Source of the DNA: an uncultured Rickettsiales bacterium
GTDB lineage: Bacteria > Pseudomonadota > Alphaproteobacteria > Rickettsiales > SXRF01
Direction of reading: 5' to 3'
Assembly: GCA_964518725.1 (NCBI GenBank)
Contig: CAZFKP010000008.1
Location: 8,197-72,196 of the forward strand
Length of the DNA: 64,000 nucleotides
Of the stretch, positions 10,604 through 21,063 are shown in pieces. Position numbers and translations under genes: made by a program. Position 1 is the first letter of the stretch. Each line of letters starts with the position of its first letter. The notes under the pieces were generated by a model that saw nothing but the letters and a program-made list of their open reading frames with translations, was not told the origin of the DNA and searched no databases.

Positions 10604-11098
10604 ATGCCGACATCCGCCGCTAAAAACCCTACCATCGCCCTGCAACCCGGCGATACGGCTCCCGCGTTCGACATGGCGGCCAATATCGGCGGGCGGGCGA
10701 GCCTCGCAGGATTCGCCGGGAAAAACATCGTCCTGTATTTCTACCCGAAGGACGACACCCCCGGCTGCACCATCGAAGCAAAGGACTTCCGTGATTTCAT
10801 CCAGGACTTCGACAAGGCGAACACCATCATCGTCGGCGTGTCGAAAGACTCGGTAAAGAGCCATGACAAATTCAAGGAAAAATACTGCCTGCCCTTCCCG
10901 CTCGGCTCCGATGAGGATGGCAGCGTCTGCGAAGCCTACGGCGTGTGGGTGGAAAAAAGCATGTATGGTAAAAAATACATGGGCGTCCAGCGCGCCACCT
11001 TCCTGATCGATGGCAAGGGTATTATCCGCAATGTCTGGCCGAAAGTATCGGTTGAAGGCCACGCGAAAGAAGTGCTCGAAGCCGCGAAAGCGCTTTAG
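10604..11098 (+). CDS. bcp: Thiol peroxidase Bcp (peroxiredoxin)
   Basis: 164 aa with the YFYPKDDTPGCT peroxidatic-Cys motif. Confidence 0.9.
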   Translation: MPTSAAKNPTIALQPGDTAPAFDMAANIGGRASLAGFAGKNIVLYFYPKDDTPGCTIEAKDFRDFIQDFDKANTIIVGVSKDSVKSHDKFKEKYCLPFPLGSDEDGSVCEAYGVWVEKSMYGKKYMGVQRATFLIDGKGIIRNVWPKVSVEGHAKEVLEAAKAL

Positions 11099-12063
11099 CG
11101 CGTTAGCTGCGCGTCGGCCTCACGAATCGACTGGTTCACCAGCGCCTCATAATTCGGCGCCCGTTTTTCGCGCTCGGAGAATGTTTTGCTCTCAGCCTGC
11201 TCCGGTTCGGATACCCGGGTCACGACCACCGGCGAGAGCACCGGCTTCGGTTCCGGCAGGTTTACCCGTTTTGGCCATGGCGATCCCAAGCCTCGGCCAC
11301 TCAGCAGATCACCTGCAAAATTGCACGCCTGGCGGGTGATGAGCGCGTGACTCACACCGAAATTCATGCCGAACAAGGCGCCAAGCCCGACGGAATAGGC
11401 CGTCACGGCAGCGGCATTGCCAGCAGCGGAACCGAGCAGTAATTGCGCCGCAGGCATGGCCAGTTGCGCGATCATCGGGCTGGCCGCAACGCCACCCGCC
11501 GCCACAAGGCCGCCGGTTGCAAGCAGCGCCGTGGCGAATATCAGCCCGCCAACCGCGCCAATCGCGGCAAAAAGCAGCCCGGTCTTCACGTTGAAATAAT
11601 CAGCAAAGCGAATTGATTTGGGGTTATCTTCTTCAAGCTGTGACACACGCTCCTGTAGCAGCGTCACATCCGCATCCGGGTTATCCCGTATCTTTTGTTC
11701 GATCTCACGGGCGATCTGGCGACGCTCAAATTCCTTGATGGCGCCTGCCGCACTACCCGCTGCCGGTCCCGCCATCATGCCAATACCCATGCCGCCGGTA
11801 ATGCCGAGCGAGGCGAAAATAGCCACCGACTTCGCCACCACCGCCGCACTAAACGGCGCGCTCGCCACCAGCGCAGGCAATACCGGGGCAAGCAACCCGA
11901 TCACAGCCCCGACCGTCATCCCGACCGCACCAATACCCCAAATGGCCGAGGCACGGCGCTTCCACGCACTGTCCCATGTCGCGTCCTGATAGCTCGGCAC
12001 CTCGATTTTTGCCTGCTCTTCGGCGATACGTTGTTGAAGCTCTTCTTCGGAAACCATATGCAC
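11095..12063 (-). CDS. Hypothetical membrane protein with Gly/Ala-rich (glycine-zipper-like) TM segments
   Basis: 322 aa with two blocks of G/A-rich hydrophobic helices separated by a charged coiled segment. No family was recognised. Confidence 0.5.
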   Translation of the reverse strand: MHMVSEEELQQRIAEEQAKIEVPSYQDATWDSAWKRRASAIWGIGAVGMTVGAVIGLLAPVLPALVASAPFSAAVVAKSVAIFASLGITGGMGIGMMAGPAAGSAAGAIKEFERRQIAREIEQKIRDNPDADVTLLQERVSQLEEDNPKSIRFADYFNVKTGLLFAAIGAVGGLIFATALLATGGLVAAGGVAASPMIAQLAMPAAQLLLGSAAGNAAAVTAYSVGLGALFGMNFGVSHALITRQACNFAGDLLSGRGLGSPWPKRVNLPEPKPVLSPVVVTRVSEPEQAESKTFSEREKRAPNYEALVNQSIREADAQLTR

Positions 12064-12127
12064 TCCCAGATGCTGTCATCCTAGCATTTCGAGGGCGCGT
12101 TGCATATGAAGTTTCTATGACAATGGC

Positions 12128-12472
12128 TTACGCCTGGTTCGCAGCACTGTTACTATCAGTCTCAATAGCCGCAAGCCACTGATTTTCCAGCATATGATTA
12201 ACGCCATACTCGCGCTCCATCCGCGCCTGCACCTCGGCAGGCGGCGACTCACCGCTGCCCGATTCCAGCACAGTGCCGTAATCACCGATGTCGAACCCGC
12301 CGCGCTCACAGGCAAATTTAAACGCGCTTGCCATGCTGGGTTTCATGCATAAATACGCCCAGATCGGCTTGTTTTCAGCGCTGCTGCCACGACACAGGAT
12401 AATCATGGTGCAGAGCAGGTCGGCAACTGCATGCGAGGAAATTGGCAGGGGACCGGCGGTATGCTTATTCAT
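12128..12472 (-). CDS. Hypothetical protein
   Basis: 114-aa ORF whose start overlaps the stop of the upstream small ORF (ATGA at 12469-12472). No family was recognised. Confidence 0.35.
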   Translation of the reverse strand: MNKHTAGPLPISSHAVADLLCTMIILCRGSSAENKPIWAYLCMKPSMASAFKFACERGGFDIGDYGTVLESGSGESPPAEVQARMEREYGVNHMLENQWLAAIETDSNSAANQA

Positions 12473-12711
12473 GAGCGCCCCAAATCTGTGTTATTTATCC
12501 TGGTAGCGACTAATTGCTGGGGAACATCGCCTTCATGAGAGGCGGACGGAAGCCCCGCCGCACGTTCTGGCATCGTCGCCAGCGCACGCTCCGGATCAGC
12601 GTGCCGGAGTGCCGTGCTGGCAGATTGCGCTGCCGCGGTAATCACCGGCGCAACCCCTGAAAACTGGCCGTTCATTGCAACAACCATCGGCACGATTGTG
12701 GTAAAAAACAT
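12469..12711 (-). CDS. Hypothetical protein
   Basis: 80-aa ORF with 4-nt coupling to the downstream ORF. It has a hydrophobic N-terminus. Confidence 0.3.
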   Translation of the reverse strand: MFFTTIVPMVVAMNGQFSGVAPVITAAAQSASTALRHADPERALATMPERAAGLPSASHEGDVPQQLVATRINNTDLGRS

Positions 12712-12802
12712 AGTTCCCCCTTTTGCCTCGATTATAGCAAGGAAGTAATTAATATTTGTATAATTTTATTAACCAATTGGAATATCAGGCGGCTGAGACA
12801 GC

Positions 12803-13615
12803 CTAGGGATGCAATTCGGAATAGGTATAGAAAAACTGCTTGGTATAATACCGCCCGATATCGTCGAAATTGGTTTTAGAGTCGGTGGCGGAAGTTGGTA
12901 ATGTACGCTGTATCCGGATCAGGCGGTTCGTATCCGCCGCCGCCGCCGCCGCATCATCGCACATGCAGTTTTCCTGTTCGGCCGCGTTGGTGATGCCAGC
13001 ACTTAACCGGTTGCCCGCCACGTTGAACGCGCCGTGACCGTTCGCCCCATGACTGAGCACCACGGCAAATACATCCTCGCTGAGCGTAGCGCCACTTTCA
13101 TCCTGCACATTGAGCAGGTTGCTATCGGTGACGCCCGCCGTGCCGTTAATGCCGGTGAAATTCGTGCTGTTGTTAGCTTCTTTATCAACATAATAGGTGA
13201 ACTGGTTGCCCCACGGGTCGAACGCGATTCCATCGGGAAGCCCCAGCGTGCGTACAGGCACACTACCGCCGAACACGCTGATCCCACCGTCGGAGCTGTT
13301 GATATTCGAGCTGATCGTCGCGCCAACACTGCAATCTCCCGCCGCGCCATCCGCTTGCAACCCGAAATTCGCGTCTGTCCGCGCCAACGAGGAATCGCCC
13401 GGACACGGCAATTTGTTATTCAGTAAACGGTAGTTATACAACGCCTCACCGATGCGGGCGAGCTTATCATCCAGCTCATCACGCTGCGCCACCCGGATAC
13501 GCTGGTTCTCAATGGTCACAATCCCGGCGATCAGCAGCGAAATAATCAGCACGCTGATGGACAATTCAACCAACGTAAAGCCCTGCTGTGAGCCAATTTT
13601 TCTGCGAGAACCCAT
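12803..13615 (-). CDS. Prepilin-type N-terminal cleavage/methylation domain protein (pilin/pseudopilin-like)
   Basis: 270 aa. QQGFTLVELSISVLIISLLIAGIV is the class III signal (G/FTLxE plus a hydrophobic helix). Confidence 0.7.
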   Translation of the reverse strand: MGSRRKIGSQQGFTLVELSISVLIISLLIAGIVTIENQRIRVAQRDELDDKLARIGEALYNYRLLNNKLPCPGDSSLARTDANFGLQADGAAGDCSVGATISSNINSSDGGISVFGGSVPVRTLGLPDGIAFDPWGNQFTYYVDKEANNSTNFTGINGTAGVTDSNLLNVQDESGATLSEDVFAVVLSHGANGHGAFNVAGNRLSAGITNAAEQENCMCDDAAAAAADTNRLIRIQRTLPTSATDSKTNFDDIGRYYTKQFFYTYSELHP

Positions 13616-13723
13616 AGAGTGCCAGTATAAAGGCTGGCCGACAATATTTCCATCAGATAATCAGCAGGCGATACCCCAACCGATTGATTATTTTGTAATG
13701 ACGTTGCAGATTTTTCTTGCGGT

Positions 13724-13738
13724 TGAGAATCATTCTCA
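13724..13738. promoter_or_regulatory. Perfect 7-1-7 palindrome TGAGAAT-C-ATTCTCA upstream of bfd (candidate iron-regulator operator)
   Basis: The palindrome ends 15 nt before the bfd ATG. It is one symmetric substitution from the Fur 7-1-7 consensus TGATAATnATTATCA and also fits the TGA-N9-TCA (RirA IRO-like) pattern. Confidence 0.45.
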
Positions 13739-13752
13739 CTATTATGTAGGAC

Positions 13753-13932
13753 ATGATTATCTGTATCTGCAACGCAATTCGCGACAAACATTTAGAAGGC
13801 GTCATCGCCGAAGGCGCTGCCAGCGTCTGTGATGCATTTGCTCGGATGGGTTGCCGCCCAGTGTGCGGCAAATGCGTGCCGGAAATGCGCGATGCCATGC
13901 AGTCGCGCAACGCACTGTGCGCGTCCAAATAA
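13753..13932 (+). CDS. bfd: Bacterioferritin-associated ferredoxin (Bfd-like [2Fe-2S] domain)
   Basis: 59 aa, below the ORF-track cutoff. My translation is MIICICNAIRDKHLEGVIAEGAASVCDAFARMGCRPVCGKCVPEMRDAMQSRNALCASK, with the CxC...CxxC pattern. It lies directly upstream of bfr. Confidence 0.75.
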   Translation: MIICICNAIRDKHLEGVIAEGAASVCDAFARMGCRPVCGKCVPEMRDAMQSRNALCASK

Positions 13933-14010
13933 GAACCGTTTGCACTTGACTTCCCTTAAGCTTTCTTTCATCAAATGCGGCTACGACATAGCGCAACGAA
14001 AGGAAGCGAC

Positions 14011-14475
14011 ATGGCCACCGACAAGGAAATCCTCAAGCACCTGAATATCATCCTGAGAAATGAATTGACCGCGATCAATCAGTATTTTCTCCATGCGCGG
14101 ATGCTGAAACATATGGGACTGATGAAACTCGCCGACCACGAATACAAGGAATCGATCGACGAGATGAAACATGCCGACATGCTGGTGGAGCGGATTTTAT
14201 TCCTCAAAGGCCTGCCCAACCTGCAAGACCTCGGCAAGCTGTTCATCGGCGAAACGGTGGAAGAAATCCTGAAATGCGATCTGAAACTTGAAAACAAAGC
14301 CAACCTCGACCTGAAGGCGGCGATCACCTACTGCGAATCAAAACAAGATTACGCCAGTGCCGATATCCTGCACCGCATTCTGGAAAGTGAAGAAGAGCAC
14401 GTGCTATTCATACAGACCCAGCTTAGCCTCATCGCCGCGATGGGTGCCGCCGCCTACATGCAAACCCAGATATAG
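14011..14475 (+). CDS. bfr: Bacterioferritin
   Basis: [37 protein letters not shown]... is the typical Bfr N-terminus. The ORF track starts 12 codons earlier. Confidence 0.9.
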   Translation: MATDKEILKHLNIILRNELTAINQYFLHARMLKHMGLMKLADHEYKESIDEMKHADMLVERILFLKGLPNLQDLGKLFIGETVEEILKCDLKLENKANLDLKAAITYCESKQDYASADILHRILESEEEHVLFIQTQLSLIAAMGAAAYMQTQI

Positions 14476-14491
14476 CCAACAGAGGATGACT

Positions 14492-15061
14492 ATGAACCGT
14501 TCACTCGCCATTGCCGTTGCATTATTTTTCACTTTCACGTTAGGAGCGCTCCCCATGGCCAAAAAAGCCAAAGCACAAGAAAATCAGCTGGAAAACACGC
14601 TTTACCTCGATCTGAAAGATGGCCGCGTCGTCATCGAAATGCGCCCTGATCTCGCGCCAAAACATGTGAAACGCATCAAGGAACTGGTGCGTCAGGGGTT
14701 TTATGACGGCGTCGTATTCCACCGCGTGATTGAAGGCTTCATGGCGCAAACCGGCGATCCGACCGGCACCGGCTCGGGTGGATCGGGTCAGAAAATCAAG
14801 GCCGAGTTCAGCAAAGAACCGCACATGCGCGGCGCGGTGTCCATGGCGCGTGCAGCCGATATCAACAGCGCCGACAGCCAGTTCTTCATTGTGCTATCCG
14901 CTTCCACCTACCTTGACGGCCAATATACCTACTGGGGCAAGGTGACGAAGGGCATGGAGTTTGTCGACCACATCAAAAAAGGCGATAAGTCGGATAACGG
15001 TTCGGTCGAGAATCCCGATAAAATCATCAAAATGCAGGTGGCGGCTGACGTCAAAGAATAG
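14492..15061 (+). CDS. Peptidyl-prolyl cis-trans isomerase, cyclophilin type, with signal peptide
   Basis: [24 protein letters not shown] cyclophilin core and an N-terminal signal [15 protein letters not shown]. The start was chosen after AGAGGA; the ORF-track start at 14357 overlaps bfr. Confidence 0.9.
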   Translation: MNRSLAIAVALFFTFTLGALPMAKKAKAQENQLENTLYLDLKDGRVVIEMRPDLAPKHVKRIKELVRQGFYDGVVFHRVIEGFMAQTGDPTGTGSGGSGQKIKAEFSKEPHMRGAVSMARAADINSADSQFFIVLSASTYLDGQYTYWGKVTKGMEFVDHIKKGDKSDNGSVENPDKIIKMQVAADVKE

Positions 15062-16092
15062 TGCTCACCTCGCTATTTGATTTTCATCTTCCCGAATCGC
15101 TGATCGCCAGCTCCCCCGCCGAACCGCGTGACGCGTCACGCATGCTAGTGGTCGCGCCGGATGGCCTGAAGGATAGCCTGACCGCCGATTTTGCGGCTCA
15201 CCTGAAGCCGGGTGATATCGTGATATTCAACGATACCCGCGTCATCCCCGCCCGGCTGATCGGCACACGTGGCGAGGCCGCTATCGAGATATTACTGCAC
15301 AAGCAGCAATCGCCCGGCATCTGGCAATGCTTCGCCAAACCCGCCAAGAAATTGAAGCCGGGTGACACGGTTCGTTTTGCTGAGAATTTTTCCGCAACCG
15401 TCAGCGAGAAAAACGCCGACGGGCAGGTTATTCTGGCGTTTGATCCGCATGGATTTCGTGAAAAACTGCTGACTCACGGCCAGATGCCGCTGCCGCCCTA
15501 CATTGAAAAAAAACGCAAGGCCAATGCCTCTGATGCTACCTGTTACCAGACTGTCTACGCCCGGCATGATGGCTCGGTGGCAGCTCCCACCGCCGGGCTG
15601 CACTTCACCCCCTCCCTGCTCGCCGCCATTGATGCGGCAGGCGCACAGCGCGCACATATTACTCTGCATGTCGGCGGCGGAACCTTCCTGCCGGTCAAAA
15701 CCGAGGATACGAGCGAACATGTGATGCATAGCGAATGGGCGCACGTTTCCGCCGAAACCGCCCATGCCATCAACACTACAAAGGCGCAGGGAGGACGTGT
15801 CGTTGCCGTGGGAACAACATCCCTACGCACGCTCGAATCCGCCACCGATGATAAGGGAGCGGTGCAGCCATTCGAGGGGGAAACCAATATTTTTATTACC
15901 CCCGGCTACCAGTTTAAATGCGTGGACATGCTGCTCACCAACTTCCATCTGCCGCGCTCCACGCTGTTCATGTTAGTTTCGGCCTTCAGCGGATTAGAAA
16001 CCATGCAGGCCGCCTACCAACACGCCATCGCACAGCACTACCGCTTCTATTCCTACGGTGATGCCTGCCTGCTCAGCCGTAGCGACCGGTGA
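15061..16092 (+). CDS. queA: S-adenosylmethionine:tRNA ribosyltransferase-isomerase
   Basis: 343 aa. [26 protein letters not shown] is a QueA N-terminus, and the GTG start overlaps the upstream stop. Confidence 0.9.
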   Translation: MLTSLFDFHLPESLIASSPAEPRDASRMLVVAPDGLKDSLTADFAAHLKPGDIVIFNDTRVIPARLIGTRGEAAIEILLHKQQSPGIWQCFAKPAKKLKPGDTVRFAENFSATVSEKNADGQVILAFDPHGFREKLLTHGQMPLPPYIEKKRKANASDATCYQTVYARHDGSVAAPTAGLHFTPSLLAAIDAAGAQRAHITLHVGGGTFLPVKTEDTSEHVMHSEWAHVSAETAHAINTTKAQGGRVVAVGTTSLRTLESATDDKGAVQPFEGETNIFITPGYQFKCVDMLLTNFHLPRSTLFMLVSAFSGLETMQAAYQHAIAQHYRFYSYGDACLLSRSDR

Positions 16093-16831
16093 TATAATCT
16101 TGTGTCTGCTTTTCTTTAGGAGCGGTGAATATCTGGCTGGTTGCACCGCTTTCCACCACTTTGCCCAGATGGAAAAAACACGTCTGCTGTGACACGCGAG
16201 CCGCCTGCTGCATCGAGTGGGTAACGATAACGATGGTGAATTGCTGTTTCAGCTCGTCGATCAGCTCCTCGATTTTGGCAGTGGCGATCGGGTCAAGCGC
16301 CGAGCACGGCTCATCCATCAGGATAATGTCCGGATTCACCGCAATGGTGCGGGCAATGCACAGGCGCTGCTGCTGGCCGCCGGATAAACCGGTCGCCGGC
16401 TCGTGCATCCGCTCTTTCACCTCATCGAACAACCCGGCTTTTTTGAGTGACGTTTCCACCACGCCATCAAGCTCCGATTTGCTGGAGGTGAGGTTATGAA
16501 TGCGAACGCCATAGGCCACATTGTCGTAAATGGATTTTGGAAATGGGTTGGGCTTCTGGAACACCATGCCGATCCAGCGGCGAAGCAGCACAACATCTTC
16601 TTCCGGTGCATTCACGTCTTTACCATCGACCATAATGCGCCCTTCTACCCGGCAGCCATCAATAATGTCATTCATACGGTTGATGCAGCGAAGCAAGGTG
16701 GATTTGCCACAGCCGGACGGGCCGATCAACGCCGTCACCTGCCGCTCGGGCATGGCGATGTTGACGTCGAACAGCGCCTGCTTGGCGCCATAAAACACGT
16801 TGATGTTTTCTACAGAAATTTTATTGGTCAT
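16073..16831 (-). CDS. pstB: Phosphate ABC transporter ATP-binding protein
   Basis: 252 aa with Walker [10 protein letters not shown] and the PstB-specific FYGAKQAL and [13 protein letters not shown] motifs. Confidence 0.95.
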   Translation of the reverse strand: MTNKISVENINVFYGAKQALFDVNIAMPERQVTALIGPSGCGKSTLLRCINRMNDIIDGCRVEGRIMVDGKDVNAPEEDVVLLRRWIGMVFQKPNPFPKSIYDNVAYGVRIHNLTSSKSELDGVVETSLKKAGLFDEVKERMHEPATGLSGGQQQRLCIARTIAVNPDIILMDEPCSALDPIATAKIEELIDELKQQFTIVIVTHSMQQAARVSQQTCFFHLGKVVESGATSQIFTAPKEKQTQDYITGRYG

Positions 16832-16832
16832 G

Positions 16833-18101
16833 TCACCATCTCACTTCAAATTTTTTGCGTAAATAAATCGCAGTGGCGTTCATCAGTAATAGCAGGATCA
16901 GCAGCACCAGAATCCCCGCCGCCGTCTTCTCAGCAAACCCGGCTTCCGGGCTGCTCGCCCACAAATAGACCTGCACCGGCATCGCCGTCGCCGCGCTCGT
17001 GAACCCGGTCGGGATATCGGCGACAAAAGCCACCATGCCGATCATCAGCAGCGGCGCCGTTTCACCGATGGCGCGCGCCATGCCGAGGATGGTGCCGGTC
17101 ATGATACCCGGCATAGACAGCGGCAGCGTATGGTGCCAGCACACCTGTACCGGCGACGCACCGAGAGCCAGCGCACCCTGTTTGATCGAGGGCGGGATGG
17201 ATGCAAGCGCTGTGCGCGTGGCGATGATGATAACCGGGAACACCATCAGCGCCAGCGTCAATCCGCCCACCAGCGACGCCGAACGCGGCAAATGCATGAC
17301 ATTGATATAGACCGCAAGCCCCAGCAGCCCATACACAATGGATGGCACCGCCGCAAGGTTGTTCACATTCACTTCAACCAGGGTGGAGAAACGGCTTTTG
17401 GGCGCAAATTCTTCAAGATACACCGCCGACATCACCCCAATCGGAAATGCTGCCAGCAGGCAAACGATTATGGTAAAAAACGACCCGGCCATCGCACCAA
17501 GAAATCCAGCACTTTCCGGCGAACGTGAATCCGCCTTGGTAAAGAACCCGACATCAAAACTGCGGGTGAGAGCACCTTCGGAAGCAAGCACCTGCAACGC
17601 CTCGCGTTGGCCGTCGGAAACTTCCGGAGTATCCTTATCCAGCACATAATGCATCACCGCGTTCGATGCCGGAAGCGTGAAATGCCGCGTCGCACCAAGC
17701 ACGGCTTCATCTTTTGTCACCGCCTGTTTCAGAATATAGGCAGCACCGCTGCCAAGCAGCTTGAATAGTTCGCGCTGAATGGATGCATCCGCCGCCGGGA
17801 ATTTCTCGACCAGTGCCGCACGCAGCACATTGTTGAAACGCGCGGGCGACAACCCCTGCACATCTTCATCCTCTGCCAGCTCCAGAAGCGCCTTGTCCAT
17901 CCGCACTTCCAATACCAGCTCGGTATGCATGAACCCCGGCAGCCCGCGCCACGTGATGCTGCCAAGCAATATGAGCAGGCACGCCACCGCAAACCCGAGC
18001 GCCAGGCGTCCGTACCATTTAAACCGCGCCTCAGCGCGGAGCCTGCGTGCATAATAGTATCCCGGCGTTCTATTCATAACGCTCCCGGTATTTACGAACA
18101 A
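16833..18101 (-). CDS. pstA: Phosphate ABC transporter permease PstA (long form)
   Basis: 422 aa. The permease domain carries an EAA-like loop ([11 protein letters not shown]), and the gene is positioned between pstC and pstB. Confidence 0.9.
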   Translation of the reverse strand: MFVNTGSVMNRTPGYYYARRLRAEARFKWYGRLALGFAVACLLILLGSITWRGLPGFMHTELVLEVRMDKALLELAEDEDVQGLSPARFNNVLRAALVEKFPAADASIQRELFKLLGSGAAYILKQAVTKDEAVLGATRHFTLPASNAVMHYVLDKDTPEVSDGQREALQVLASEGALTRSFDVGFFTKADSRSPESAGFLGAMAGSFFTIIVCLLAAFPIGVMSAVYLEEFAPKSRFSTLVEVNVNNLAAVPSIVYGLLGLAVYINVMHLPRSASLVGGLTLALMVFPVIIIATRTALASIPPSIKQGALALGASPVQVCWHHTLPLSMPGIMTGTILGMARAIGETAPLLMIGMVAFVADIPTGFTSAATAMPVQVYLWASSPEAGFAEKTAAGILVLLILLLLMNATAIYLRKKFEVRW

Positions 18102-19032
18102 TCATGAGTGCGATGATATTAAGCGCCAGCGTGACACAAAACAAAGTAAGCCCAAGCGCAAATGCAGCCAGTGTTTTCGGGCTGTCGAATTCATTATCGC
18201 CAACCAGGAGCGCCACCATCTGCACCGTCACGGTCGTCACCGATTCGAGCGGGTTAAAGGTAAAGTTCGCCGCCATGCCCGCCGCCATCACCACGATCAT
18301 GGTTTCACCCACCGCGCGCGACACGGCAAGCAGCACCGCGCCCATGATGCCAGGCAGCGCCGCCGGCAGCACCACCTGCCGGATGGTTTCCGATTTGGTC
18401 GCGCCCATGCCATACGATGCCTCACGGAGCGCGCGCGGCACCGCGCTGATAATGTCATCCGATAGCGAAGATACAAATGGGATAATCATCACCCCCATTA
18501 CCAAACCAGCAGCCAGTGCGCTCTCCGAAGCGATGGACAGGCCGATGATCGCACCGCCATCGCGCAACAGCGGCGCCACGACAATCACCGCAAAATAGCC
18601 ATACACCACCGTCGGGATTCCGGCGAGGATTTCAAGCGCGGGCTTGATCAGGTTGCGGCGCGCACGCGACAAATATTCCGACATGTAGATCGCTGAAAAC
18701 AACCCGGCGGGAATTGCCACCACCATCGCCACCAGCGTGACAAGCATCGTGCCGAGGAACACAGGGATGGCGCCAAATGCGCCGCTGCTTCCCGCCTGGT
18801 CGGCACGGATGGCCATTTGCGGACTCCATTTCGTACCGAAAATAAAATCCGTCAGCGGCACAAACGAGAAAAACCGCACCGCCTCATACAATACCGACGC
18901 AATGATAGAAAGCGTGACAAACATGGAGGTGGCGGCCGCCAGCCACAGCACAGCCATCAGCAATTTCACGCCCGGCGACCGGGATATACCCCCACGGGGT
19001 ATTTTGCTTGTTTTTGCGGTACTTACCTGCAT
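18070..19032 (-). CDS. pstC: Phosphate ABC transporter permease PstC
   Basis: 320 aa with the SYGMGATKSETIRQVVLPAALPGI loop. It is the first permease gene of the operon. Confidence 0.9.
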   Translation of the reverse strand: MQVSTAKTSKIPRGGISRSPGVKLLMAVLWLAAATSMFVTLSIIASVLYEAVRFFSFVPLTDFIFGTKWSPQMAIRADQAGSSGAFGAIPVFLGTMLVTLVAMVVAIPAGLFSAIYMSEYLSRARRNLIKPALEILAGIPTVVYGYFAVIVVAPLLRDGGAIIGLSIASESALAAGLVMGVMIIPFVSSLSDDIISAVPRALREASYGMGATKSETIRQVVLPAALPGIMGAVLLAVSRAVGETMIVVMAAGMAANFTFNPLESVTTVTVQMVALLVGDNEFDSPKTLAAFALGLTLFCVTLALNIIALMIVRKYRERYE

Positions 19033-19076
19033 GGCGCTGGTGTAGCCGGCCCATGGCCAGAGTCAAGCAGAAAGGG

Positions 19077-19634
19077 TTATTTCAACCGCGCTTTGAGGAA
19101 GCCCGCCACATCTTCCTGTTGCCAATCGAGTGGACCGTCGGCACGGGCAATCACCCTGCCCTTCGCATCAATGAACAAGGTGCCGGGAAGCCCCTTCAGG
19201 CCGGCAGCGGTGGCGGCCTTATTGGTTGGGTCGAGGTAGGCTGGCAAACGCACAATCTTATGATTCTTATAGAACTTTTGAACCTTGGTGAGGTTCTTGC
19301 CATCGAGCGCCACCGGTACAATCTGGAGTTTTTCGCCAAAAATTTCCTGGGCATCATCCACCTGCGGCAGCTCATCCACACACGGCACGCACCAGGTTGC
19401 CCAGAAATGCAGCGCCGTGAGCTTATGCTTACTGGCATCAAGCGTGCGGGATTCGCCTTTTTCGTCCAGATAGTGAATCACCGGGGCTTTGACAGCCTCG
19501 ACACGCACCAGCGGCACCGTTTCCTGTTCGCTGGCCTGCGCCGTAAGAATCACAAAAAATACAAGGCAAACACTTGCCAACAACATAGTGAAAGAGTTAT
19601 GAATGAATCGCATACAAAGGCCTTCATATGACAA
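19077..19634 (-). CDS. TlpA/ResA-family thiol:disulfide oxidoreductase (periplasmic thioredoxin fold)
   Basis: 185 aa with a WATWCVPC active site and a signal/anchor sequence. The start is uncertain: ATG 19613 is an alternative, because 19634 overlaps the divergent argH start. Confidence 0.8.
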   Translation of the reverse strand: MSYEGLCMRFIHNSFTMLLASVCLVFFVILTAQASEQETVPLVRVEAVKAPVIHYLDEKGESRTLDASKHKLTALHFWATWCVPCVDELPQVDDAQEIFGEKLQIVPVALDGKNLTKVQKFYKNHKIVRLPAYLDPTNKAATAAGLKGLPGTLFIDAKGRVIARADGPLDWQQEDVAGFLKARLK

Positions 19635-21061
19635 AAAAACCGGTGAAACCCAACAAGAAACCAGCAGCTAATACCCCAGCAGCCAACCCCATGTGGGGCG
19701 GCGCGTTCAGTATCGCGCCTGCAGAGTTGCTGGCGCAGATTAATACATCCATCAGTTTTGACAAGGAACTTTACCGGCAGGATATTGCCGGCTCAATTGC
19801 CCATGCCGAAATGTTGGCCAAACAGAAGATCATCAGCGAAAAAGATGCGAAGGCGATCATCGCCGGGCTGAACGCAATCTTGAAAGATATCGAGGCCGGG
19901 AAATTTGAATTCAAGGAAGCGCTCGAAGATATTCATATGAATATCGAAGCGGCGCTTGCCACGCGCATCGGCGACGCGGCGGGGCGGTTGCACACGGCAC
20001 GCTCGCGCAACGATCAGGTGGCCACCGATTTCCGGCTCTATGTCCGTGATGCGCTCGATGCGCTTGCCGCCGAATTGAAACAGCTGCAAGACGCGCTCGT
20101 CAGGCGCGCTGCTGAACATGCGGCGAGCATTATGCCTGGTTTCACCCACCTGCAAACCGCGCAGCCGGTGACGCTCGGCCACCACCTGCTTGCTTACGTC
20201 GAGATGTTTGGCCGCGATGCGAGCCGGGTTGCCGATGCGCGGGCGCGGATGAACGAATGCCCGCTAGGCGCGGCGGCGCTCGCTGGAACCTCCTTCCCGA
20301 TCGACCGGCAGGCCACCGCCAAGGCGCTTGGGTTTGCCCGGCCGACCACCAACTCGCTCGACAGTGTTTCCGACCGCGATTTCACCCTCGAATATCTGTC
20401 AGTCGCCAGTATCTGCGCGGTGCACCTATCGCGCCTCGCCGAAGAAATGATCAACTGGTCGAGCGCGCAATTCGGCTTCCTCACATTCTCCGACGCGTTC
20501 TCTACCGGCAGTTCCATCATGCCACAGAAGCGCAACCCCGATGCCGCCGAACTGGTACGCGGCAAATCCGGGCGCGTGTTCGGCCACCTGATGGCACAGC
20601 TCGCCACCATGAAAGCGCTGCCGCTCGCCTACAACAAAGACATGCAGGAAGATAAAGAGGCATTCTTTGATGCGGCGAAAACCATCCAGCTCTGCGTGGC
20701 CGCCATGCGCGGCATGGTGCTCGATGCGACGTTTAACACCAAGGCCATGCACGCTGCCGCCAGCAGCGGCTATTCCACCGCCACCGACCTTGCCGACTGG
20801 CTGGTGCAAAACCTGGACATGCCGTTTCGGAGTGCCCACCACGTCACGGCGCGGGTGGTGAAACTTGCCAGTAAAAAAAAGAAACCACTGGAGACGCTGT
20901 CACTCAAGGAACTGCAAAGCGTCGAGCCACGGATTAGTAAGGAAGCGCTCGCCGTGCTTTCGGTCGAAGCCTCGGTCGCAAGCCGTAAAAGCTATGGCGG
21001 CACCGCGCCGGCCAACGTGAAAAAAATGGTCGCCGATGCGAAGAAACGGTTTGGCGTATGA
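19628..21061 (+). CDS. argH: Argininosuccinate lyase
   Basis: 477 aa with MWGGAFS, the [12 protein letters not shown] signature and [13 protein letters not shown]. The N-terminal Lys/Pro-rich extension may not be translated; an alternative ATG is at 19691. Confidence 0.95.
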   Translation: MTKKPVKPNKKPAANTPAANPMWGGAFSIAPAELLAQINTSISFDKELYRQDIAGSIAHAEMLAKQKIISEKDAKAIIAGLNAILKDIEAGKFEFKEALEDIHMNIEAALATRIGDAAGRLHTARSRNDQVATDFRLYVRDALDALAAELKQLQDALVRRAAEHAASIMPGFTHLQTAQPVTLGHHLLAYVEMFGRDASRVADARARMNECPLGAAALAGTSFPIDRQATAKALGFARPTTNSLDSVSDRDFTLEYLSVASICAVHLSRLAEEMINWSSAQFGFLTFSDAFSTGSSIMPQKRNPDAAELVRGKSGRVFGHLMAQLATMKALPLAYNKDMQEDKEAFFDAAKTIQLCVAAMRGMVLDATFNTKAMHAAASSGYSTATDLADWLVQNLDMPFRSAHHVTARVVKLASKKKKPLETLSLKELQSVEPRISKEALAVLSVEASVASRKSYGGTAPANVKKMVADAKKRFGV

Positions 21062-21063
21062 GT

